In this document: in pieces, positions 47,307 to 55,400 of the stretch
How positions within the stretch are numbered: the stretch's first letter is position 1
Layout: every line of letters starts with the position of its first letter
Source of the DNA: an uncultured Spirochaetota bacterium
Lineage (GTDB): Bacteria; Spirochaetota; Spirochaetia; SZUA-6; DRHE01
DNA: 64,000 bases
Direction: 5' to 3'
Assembly: GCA_963745745.1 (NCBI GenBank)
Contig: CAVUYS010000017.1
Location: forward strand, 17,734-81,733
Program-made: the position numbers and the translations under genes
Notes under the pieces: model-generated
What the model saw: only the letters and a program-made list of their open reading frames with translations
Database searches by the model: none
What the model was told of the DNA's origin: nothing

Positions 47307-49457
47307 ATGCTCGAAGAACGCAAGGTCTTCCACGAATCCTGGTATCGCATCGCCGGACAGCGCATCGCCCTGCGCTCCAGCGTCAAGGTGCGCCGCCAGA
47401 TGTACCGCGGCTCCCGCTGGTACCTGCTGCACGACCCTTTCAGCAACCAGTTCTACCGCCTGGCTCCGCCGGCCTACGCCTTCGTGGCCCGCTTAGGCCT
47501 GGAGCGGACCCTGGAAGAGGTCTGGCAGGAGAGCATGGCCCAGGACGCGGAGAACGCCCCCGGGCAGGAGGAGGTCATCCACCTCCTGGCCCAGCTCTAC
47601 CATGCCAACCTGCTGCACTACGAGCTGCCCGCGGACAGCCAGAAGCTGTTCGAGCGCTTCCGCGAGCGCAGGCAGAGGACCCGGCAGGCCACTGTTATGA
47701 ACATCATGTTCATCCGCCTGCCCCTTTTTGATCCGGACCGCCTGCTGCAACGCCTGCAGCCGGTGGCCCGCCTGCTGTTCAGCCCCCTGGGCCTGCTGGC
47801 CTGGGGCGCCGTGCTGGCGGGCGCCCTCAAGGTGGCCATCGAGAACTTCCCCGCATTGCGGGTGCAGAGCCAGGGCATCCTGGCCTTGCCCAACCTGCCC
47901 CTGATGTACCTGGCCCTCGTGCTGATCAAGGCCCTGCACGAGCTGGGCCACGCCCTGGCCGTACGCCGCTTCGGCGGGGAGGTGCACACCCTGGGGGTCA
48001 TGTTCCTGATCTTCAGCCCGCTGCCGTACATGGACGCCACCGCGGCCTGGGCCTTCCGCAGCAAATGGCGCCGGGTACTGGTGGGAGCCGCCGGGATGAT
48101 CGCCGAGTTGTTCGCGGCGGGCGTGGCCGTTTTCATCTGGGCCTCCACCGGACCGGGGATCCTGCACTCGCTGGCCTACAACACGATCTTCGTGGCCTCC
48201 CTTTCCACCATCCTGTTCAACCTCAATCCCCTGCTGCGCTTCGACGGCTACTACATCCTCTCCGACCTCCTGGACATCCCCAACCTGCACGCCCAGGCCG
48301 GCCGGCAGCTGCGCCACCTGGTGGAGCGCTTCGCCTTCGGCGTGCGCCAATCCCGCGGTCCGGCGGGCACCCGCAGCGAAGCGTTCTGGCTCTCGGTCTT
48401 CGGGGCCTTGAGCGGCGCCTACAAGCTGGTGGTGTTCTCCACCATCCTGCTGGTGGTGGCCGACCGCTTCCTGCTGGCGGGGGTGATCATGGCCGCGGTT
48501 TGCGCGGTGGCCTGGGTGCCGGCGCCCCTGGTGCGCCTGGGGCGCTACCTGGCGGGAAGCCCGCGCCTGGAGCGCGTCCGCTTGAGGGCCGCGGGGGTCT
48601 GCCTGGGCGCGCTGGCCCTGCTCTTCGGCCTGCTGTGCTTCCTGCCCTTCCCCAACGGCTTCAAGGCGCCGGGAGTCCTGGAGGCCGCCGAGCACATCGT
48701 GGTGGCCAACGGCGTGCCCGGAACCATCGAGCGGATCCTGGCCAGCCCGGGAAGCCGGGTCCGGAAGGGCGATGCGCTGGTCGCCTTGCGCAACGGGGAG
48801 CTGGCCTTCCGCATCCAGGAGGTGCAGGCCAGCCTGCGGCAGGTGCAGGCCACGCGCCAGAAGGCCCTGCTGTCCAGCCGGGCGGACCTGCGCTCCATCG
48901 ACAGCCTGGAGTCCACCTTCCTGCAGCAGTTGGACCGCCTGCGGCAGGACGAGCAGCGGTTGGTGCTCCGCGCCGAGATCGGCGGGCGCTGGTCGGCCCC
49001 GCAGCTCAAGGACTTGCGGGGCATGTGGATCCGCCGCGGCACGCCGCTGGGCCAACTGCTGGACGACCGGGCTTTCGTTTTCACCTCCGTGGTCTCCCAA
49101 CAGGAGGTCTCCCGGCTGTTTTCCGATGCCATCCGCTCCTCCCAGGTCCGCCTGGCCGGCCAGGCGGGGGTGGACCTGGAAGTGCTCTCGATGACCCGCA
49201 TTCCCGCGGAGCTGACCCGCCTGCCTTCGATCTCCCTGGGTTTCGCCGGCGGCGGGGAGGTGGCCGTGAACGTCCGGGAATCCAGCGGCGCGATCGCCGC
49301 CGAGCCTTTTTACGAAGTGAGGATGGAAGTGGCCGGCGGGGCGGCCCTGTATCACGGCCGCTCCGGTCGCGTGCGCTTCCGGCTGGAGCCGGAGCCTCTC
49401 CTGCGGCAGGGCTACCGCCGCCTGCGCCAGCTGCTGCAGCGGCGCTACCAGTTGTAG
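47307..49457 (+). CDS. Peptidase-M50 (site-2-protease-like) polytopic membrane metalloprotease fused to a C-terminal periplasmic HlyD-like adaptor domain, with about 130-aa N-terminal cytoplasmic domain
   Basis: HExxH inside TM (ALHELGHALAV) and M50 second motif NLNPLLRFDGYYIL. C-terminal lipoyl-like hairpin ..GTIERILASPGSRVRKGDALVAL.., long coiled coil, ..YHGRSGRVRFRL.. barrel. Confidence 0.65.
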   Translation: MLEERKVFHESWYRIAGQRIALRSSVKVRRQMYRGSRWYLLHDPFSNQFYRLAPPAYAFVARLGLERTLEEVWQESMAQDAENAPGQEEVIHLLAQLYHANLLHYELPADSQKLFERFRERRQRTRQATVMNIMFIRLPLFDPDRLLQRLQPVARLLFSPLGLLAWGAVLAGALKVAIENFPALRVQSQGILALPNLPLMYLALVLIKALHELGHALAVRRFGGEVHTLGVMFLIFSPLPYMDATAAWAFRSKWRRVLVGAAGMIAELFAAGVAVFIWASTGPGILHSLAYNTIFVASLSTILFNLNPLLRFDGYYILSDLLDIPNLHAQAGRQLRHLVERFAFGVRQSRGPAGTRSEAFWLSVFGALSGAYKLVVFSTILLVVADRFLLAGVIMAAVCAVAWVPAPLVRLGRYLAGSPRLERVRLRAAGVCLGALALLFGLLCFLPFPNGFKAPGVLEAAEHIVVANGVPGTIERILASPGSRVRKGDALVALRNGELAFRIQEVQASLRQVQATRQKALLSSRADLRSIDSLESTFLQQLDRLRQDEQRLVLRAEIGGRWSAPQLKDLRGMWIRRGTPLGQLLDDRAFVFTSVVSQQEVSRLFSDAIRSSQVRLAGQAGVDLEVLSMTRIPAELTRLPSISLGFAGGGEVAVNVRESSGAIAAEPFYEVRMEVAGGAALYHGRSGRVRFRLEPEPLLRQGYRRLRQLLQRRYQL

Positions 49458-49460
49458 GCC

Positions 49461-51446
49461 ATGAGCTTTCTGTCCCGCGACTACCTGCGCACGGACATCC
49501 GGCAGCCGCCGGAGCTGTACCGCGGCCTGGACGCCTGGCTGTTCTCGCTGGTGAACTGGGTGAACCAGGGCCCCGGACCGGTCGGCGAGCATCTGGCCCG
49601 CGCCCGCCTGGTCGACGAGCGGGCGGCGGCCTGGAAGGACCTGAGGGAGAGGACCCTGAGCGCCCGCCTGCTGGAGTTCCGGCAGGCCTTCCGGCGCCGC
49701 CGGCAGGCGGAGGAGCTGCTCCTCGACGCGCTGGCGGCCATCCGCGAGGCGGCCTTCCGCCACCTGGGCCTGCGCCCCTACCCCGTCCAGCTGGCCGGCG
49801 CCCTGGCCCTGCACCGCGGCTGCCTGGCGGAGATGTCCACGGGGGAAGGCAAGACCCTCACCGCGGCCATGACGGGCATCCTTCACGGCTGGACCGGGCT
49901 GCCCTGCCATATCATCACGGTGAACGACTACCTGGCCGGGCGCGACGCGCGTTGGATGCAGCCGCTGTACCGCTTCTGCTGGGTGTCCGCCGGCAGCGTG
50001 ACCTCGGAGATGGGCCCGGCGGAGCGGCGCGAAGGCTACCGCCGGGAGGTGACCTACACCACCAACAAGGAGATCGTGGCCGACTTCCTGCGGGACCGCC
50101 TCTGGCTGGGCGGCCTGCAGGACAGCGGCCGCAGGCAGATCGCCAGTCTGCTGGGCCGCAACCAGCTGATCGAGCAGGGGATGGTCATGCGCGGCATCCA
50201 CGCCGCCATCGTGGACGAGGCCGACAGCATCCTGATCGACGAGGCGGTCACTCCGCTGATCATTTCCCGCGCCTCGCCCAACGCGGTGTTCAGCGAGGCC
50301 TGCCTGCTGGCCCACGAGCTGGCCCGCGGCCTGGAGCGGGACCGCGACTACGCGGTGAATCAAAAACGCCAGGAGATCGAGCTGCACCCCGATCTGGAAC
50401 GACGCCTGGCCGAGCGGATCCGCGGCTCGGGAGCCCGCTACCGGGGCTTGAGCGGCTACCTGGAGCTGGTGCACCAGGCCTTGAGCGCCAGGGAGTTCTT
50501 CCACCGCGACAAGCAGTACGTTCTATCAGAAGGCAAGGTGGTCATCGTGGACGAGTTCACCGGGCGCCAGATGCCGCAGAGGACCTGGCGAGCCGGCCTG
50601 CACCAGTTCATCGAGGCCCGGGAGGGGTTGGCTCTGACCCCGCCTTCGGAAACCCTGGCCCGCCTGAGCTTCCAGCGCTTCTACCGCTTCTTCCGGCGCC
50701 TGTCGGGGATGACCGGAACGGCCCGCGAGGCCCTCCAGGAGTTCTGGGACATCTACCGCCTGCCCACGGTCAGGATCCCGGAAAACCGTCCCTGCCGCCG
50801 GCAGCATCTGCCCACCCTGGCTTTCGCCGACTCCGAATCCAAGTGGCGGGCGCTGGTGGAGGAGATCCGGGGCGTCCACGCCCAGGGCAGGCCGGTGCTG
50901 GTGGGCACGCGGAACGTGCGGGCCAGCGAGAAGCTCTCCGCCCGCCTGACCGGCTTGCGGCTGGAGCACCGGGTGCTCAACGCCGTCCGCCATCAGGAGG
51001 AGGCCCTGATCGTGGCCGGCGCGGGCAGCCGGGGGGCCGTCACTATCGCCACCAACATGGCCGGCAGGGGCACGGACATCCGCCTGGGCGAGGGCGTGGC
51101 CGGGCTGGGGGGGCTGCACGTCATCGCCTCGGAATGCCACGAGTCCCAGCGCATCGACCGGCAGCTCTTCGGCCGCTCCGCCCGCCAGGGCGACCCGGGA
51201 AGCGCCCGCCTGTTCGTGAGCCTGGAGGATGAGATTCCCGGCCGCCACCTTCCGGAAGCGCTGCGGCGCCTGCTTCGCCTGGAGCTGCAGCGCCGCTTTC
51301 CGGCGGCCGGGCTGCAGGCGGCGGCGGCCGTCCGCCTGGCCCAGCTTTCCGCCCAGCGGCAGGCCTACCGACGCCGCCGGGCCGTGCTCGAAATGGACAA
51401 CTGGCTGGAGGATTCGCTCTCCTTCGGCCAGCGGGAGATCAACTGA
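49461..51446 (+). CDS. SecA-like ATPase comprising only the motor core (NBD1 - preprotein-crosslinking region - NBD2); lacks helical-scaffold/wing/C-terminal domains of canonical SecA (661 aa vs about 900)
   Basis: EMSTGEGKTLTAAM (Walker A), HIITVNDYLAGRDARWMQPLYRF, IVDEADSILIDEAVTPLIIS (Walker B / DEAD), GRPVLVGTRNV...VTIATNMAGRGTDIRLG...LHVIASECHESQRIDRQLFGRSARQGDPGSARLFVSLED. Ends about 60 aa into the helical scaffold. Confidence 0.8.
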   Translation: MSFLSRDYLRTDIRQPPELYRGLDAWLFSLVNWVNQGPGPVGEHLARARLVDERAAAWKDLRERTLSARLLEFRQAFRRRRQAEELLLDALAAIREAAFRHLGLRPYPVQLAGALALHRGCLAEMSTGEGKTLTAAMTGILHGWTGLPCHIITVNDYLAGRDARWMQPLYRFCWVSAGSVTSEMGPAERREGYRREVTYTTNKEIVADFLRDRLWLGGLQDSGRRQIASLLGRNQLIEQGMVMRGIHAAIVDEADSILIDEAVTPLIISRASPNAVFSEACLLAHELARGLERDRDYAVNQKRQEIELHPDLERRLAERIRGSGARYRGLSGYLELVHQALSAREFFHRDKQYVLSEGKVVIVDEFTGRQMPQRTWRAGLHQFIEAREGLALTPPSETLARLSFQRFYRFFRRLSGMTGTAREALQEFWDIYRLPTVRIPENRPCRRQHLPTLAFADSESKWRALVEEIRGVHAQGRPVLVGTRNVRASEKLSARLTGLRLEHRVLNAVRHQEEALIVAGAGSRGAVTIATNMAGRGTDIRLGEGVAGLGGLHVIASECHESQRIDRQLFGRSARQGDPGSARLFVSLEDEIPGRHLPEALRRLLRLELQRRFPAAGLQAAAAVRLAQLSAQRQAYRRRRAVLEMDNWLEDSLSFGQREIN

Positions 51447-51465
51447 TGCAAGGGGGAACACCACG

Positions 51466-52053
51466 ATGAAAGCGCAAGCCCGCATCCTGCTGGCAATCCT
51501 GACCCTGACGATCTGCCTTCCCGCTGCCGCCCAGGAAGCGGAATCCAAGGAGCCCTGGCTCTTCGTAGGGCCGCGCGCCGGCGTCACCTGGGCGATGACC
51601 AGCGCCAGCCGCTTCGACCAGGAGCTGCAGACGCTGTATCCCAGCGGGCGCTCCTACTTCCCCCTGTACAGCCAGCTGGGGCTGAGCCTGTCCCAGCACC
51701 TCCGCCTGCGCCCGAGCGGTTACCGGCTGATGATCCAGGAAGGGGCGCTGCTGTCCGGACTGGACCAGAACTACGCGCTGCCCACCCTGAACCTGCTGGT
51801 CGGCCTGCACTTCGCCCTCGGGGTGGAGGCCAGCCTGGGTCCGGAGCTCACCTTCCCGCCCAACGGCGGAGTGCAGGCGGCCCTGGTCTACGCCGTGGGC
51901 TGGAGATTCTCCCTGAAGGCGGCCTCCGTGCCGGTGCTCCTGGTGTTCAGCCCGCTTCCGGAGGACCGGCTGGCGCGGCTCACCCTGCTCTCCGGCGTCG
52001 ACTTCGAGCTCCTGCCGAAGATCCAGAGGAAAAAGACGCCTTTCAACTACTGA
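51466..52053 (+). CDS. Small outer-membrane beta-barrel-like protein (signal peptide, alternating amphipathic strands, C-terminal ...F-N-Y)
   Basis: MKAQARILLAILTLTICLPAAAQEA signal peptide; 195 aa; last gene of the operon. Confidence 0.5.
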   Translation: MKAQARILLAILTLTICLPAAAQEAESKEPWLFVGPRAGVTWAMTSASRFDQELQTLYPSGRSYFPLYSQLGLSLSQHLRLRPSGYRLMIQEGALLSGLDQNYALPTLNLLVGLHFALGVEASLGPELTFPPNGGVQAALVYAVGWRFSLKAASVPVLLVFSPLPEDRLARLTLLSGVDFELLPKIQRKKTPFNY

Positions 52054-52070
52054 CGGCCGGTACGACCGGG

Positions 52071-52421
52071 CTAGTTTCCGCTGGGACTGCCGGGACCGCG
52101 CTTCTTCTCCATCATCTCCACCTGGCTCATCAGCCAGTAGGCCAGGGCCTTGGCCTGCCCCGGGCTCATGATCACCCCCACCTGGGACTGGCGCGTGAAC
52201 GGGGAGTCCTTCGGGCTGCGCTCGATCTCCGGCCCGATCCCGTCCGGGGTGAGGGAGTGCACCGACTCCTCCGGAACTTCCAGGTACTCGATGAAGAGAT
52301 CGAACTTGACGTCCCCCCGGGGGGTGGCGCCTCCAAGCGCGCCGTTGGCGAAGACGATCCGGTACTCCGGGTGCTTCTCGTAGCGGTACACGATCCTCTT
52401 GCGGGCAAACCCTTCTTCCAT
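52071..52421 (-). CDS. Small cytoplasmic protein, DUF3467-like
   Basis: MEEGFARKRIVYRYEKHPEYRIVFANGALGG...VGVIMSPGQAKALAYWLMSQVEMMEKK; about 116 aa, between the giant adhesin gene and the operon end. Confidence 0.45.
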   Translation of the reverse strand: MEEGFARKRIVYRYEKHPEYRIVFANGALGGATPRGDVKFDLFIEYLEVPEESVHSLTPDGIGPEIERSPKDSPFTRQSQVGVIMSPGQAKALAYWLMSQVEMMEKKRGPGSPSGN

Positions 52422-52425
52422 GGGC

Positions 52426-55400
52426 TCAATGATGCCCGCATTTGTCGCCGAAAACCAGCTCCACCCAGTTGCGCCGGCCAAGCCGGGCCGCCGAAGCCGC
52501 GATGTCCTCCAGCAGCCGCTCCAGCCACGGGTTGGCCACCGCGACCAGCACCGGATCCTGGCCGCCGTCGCCCTGCCTTTCCAGATCGCAGCCCGGGCCT
52601 CCGTCCAGGTGGTCGCAGTGGCTGCCGCCGTACAGCCGGTCCGCCCCGTCCTCGCCGAACAGGGCATCCTCGTCGCGGCCGCCCAGCAGCACGTCGTTGT
52701 CAGCTCCACCGTACAACCGGTCGCGGCCTTCCTGGCCGTACAGGATGTCCGCTCCCTCCCCGCCGCCGAGCAGGTCGTCGCCGGAGCGCAGAGTGAAGTG
52801 TCCGTGGTCGCAGTCGTCCCCGCCCGGGCCATAGGGCTGCGCCTGCAGCTCGACGGAGAAGGTCGAGCACTGGTAGGCGAAAACGGGCTTCACTGCGGCG
52901 TTGTCCCCGAAGGCCACATCGTCGCCGCCCTCGCCCTCGATCCGGTCGGCGCCGCTGTGCACGTTGGCCTCCGGCGGCCGGCAGCCGCAACCGCCGCAGC
53001 AGCCATGATCGTGCTCGCCGCCGTGGAAATCGTGCCCGTAGGACGGGTCGGCATGCGCATCGCGGAGCAGGCCCGCCGCGGCGGCCAGCAGGCTGTCGGC
53101 TGCCCGGTTGAGCTCCTCGGCCTCCTGGCGGCTGTCCGGCGCCTGCTGGAGGGCCGGGAGGATCAGCAGGGCGTGGTCACCCACCAGCAGGTCGGCATCC
53201 TCCCCACCGTAGAGCTCATCGTTGCCCACGTGGTACTCGTAGCCGGGCCGGTAAACGATCAGGCGCAGGTCCTTGGCCTTCGGCAGGCCTTCGAGAAGAT
53301 CCTCGTGATCGTGCTTCAGGTGCCAGTACAGCCGGGCGTCCAGTGCCTTGTCCTGGGCGGCGAGCGCCCATTCGGTGCTCTTCAACAGGCACCAATCCAC
53401 CGCCAGCGGATCCACCGTGTGCGCGGCGCTGCCGATGACGACCGGCAGGACCAGCACCGCGCTGTCGCCGACGATGGTGTCCTCCCCCGCCCCGCCGTAG
53501 AGCCGATCGTTGCCCAGGAACAGGCTCCGCAGGGCCAGGTCGACCAGGTCCTTGTCCCGGGGCGGGTGATGGCAGGGATTGTGCGCAATCGCATCGGCGA
53601 CCAGGCCCTGCAGGACTTCCCGGTGGGCCTCGGCCAGCAGGTGCTGGAAGTCCACGGCCACGTACTCGAGGTCGCGCAGGAAGCGATGGAAGTCCAGCGC
53701 CGCCTGCTGGAACTCGCCGGCCGGGACCTCGAAGCGGACGAACCAGGGGGCCAGCAGCGCCGCCTCATCGCCCACGATGGTGTCGTTGCCCGTCCCCCCG
53801 TCGACCGTGTCGCAGCCGATCACCACCGCGGAGGGGGACTGCACCCCCAGGACGACCCGTTCGTACAGGTCGTAGTCCAGCGCTACGTGGCGCATCCAGG
53901 CCAGAAGCTCGGAAAGCTCCTCCGTGAGCTCGCCCAGCGCCCGGTCGATCTCCTTCAGCCCCGTGACCAGCGGAGAGCCCATGGTCACCGGGTCGGCGAA
54001 GATCAGGTCATCCCCTGCGTCCCCCCGCAGCAGGTCGTTCCCGGGCAGGACATCGGGGTGATGGACCACATCGGGGACCAGCTGGATGTAGGCCGAAAGC
54101 ATCGTGCCGTCGCTGCAGGACAGGCGATCGCCCAGGGCGATTTCCAGCAGCGCCGGATTGACGTCGGTGTACAGGGTGAGCTGCGGTTGGAGCGCGGCCA
54201 GCTCATCGGGGACCAGCTGCACGTCGGCCACGATCAGGGAGCCGCCGCTTTCCAGGTCGATGGGCACCGCCGCCCCGGCGGCGATGCCGATCAGGCGCAC
54301 GCCGCTCACGATCTGGGGCAGGTCGGAGGCCAGGCTCATGGTGTTGACCCCGCCGTCCCCGAAGAGCAGGTCCGCGCCGTCCCCGCCGCTGATCGTGTCG
54401 TTCCCGCGCTGGCCGAACAGGACGTCGTCGCCCTCCCCGCCGTCCAGCAGGTCGTCGTCGGCCGGCACCAGGTCGATCAGCAGGGCCTCCGTGCGCCAGG
54501 CCCCATTGTCCGGGCTGGTAGAGCGGCGCGCCGTCCGGCCCGAAGGCTCCGGCCAGCACGATCAGGTCGGCCTGGAACAGGGCCCGGGCCAGCTCCGCCA
54601 GCGGCAGGCCAAGCGGCGTGCGGTCCATGGGCAGCAGCCCGGTGAGGAAGCCCACCTCTTCGAGGAACACATCCCGGTGCCAGGAGCCGTTGGAGTTCTC
54701 AAGCGGCGTTCCGTCCCCGCTCCAGGCGCGCAGGATGAGCCCCACGTCGCCGAGGACGAAATCCCGCCCCTCCTGTCCCCACAGGCTGTCGGGGCCCAGT
54801 TCGCCGTACAGCTCGTCGTCTCCCGAGCCGCCGTACAGCGTGTCCGCCCCGCGCTGGCCGTGCAGAATGTCGTCGCCAGGGCCGCCGAGCATGGTGTCGT
54901 CACCGGCCACCCGGTCGAGGTCGTCGAAGCGGACCAGGTCGCGGATCACGTCGGCGAACGGCGCGGGATAGCGCTCCCATTCGCCCCCGGGCAGCAGGCG
55001 GCGCAAGATCGTCCCGTTGTCGCCCAGCAGCACATCGGCCCCGCTCCCGCCGTCCATGGTGTCGGAGCCGTCCGCGCCGAAGGGGACGTTGTGCCCGCCG
55101 GTCAGGTCGTCCTCGCCGTCCTCACCGCAGAGCAGGTCGTCCCCCTGCTGGCCCAGGATGAAGTCATCCCCCGCACCGCCGAAGATCGCGTCGTTGCCGC
55201 CCGCATCCGTCGGGCCGGTGTAGATCGACTGGAACCTCTGGTTGGCCGGAAGGGCCGTATCCCAGCGCCCATGGTCGCCCAGCAGGATGTCGGAGCCTTC
55301 CCCGCCCAGGATGAGGTCGGCGCCGGTCCCGCCGAACACCAGGTCATCCCCGGCGAGGGCGGAGAGGTCATCGTTGCCGCCGACCAGGGGATCCACCGAG

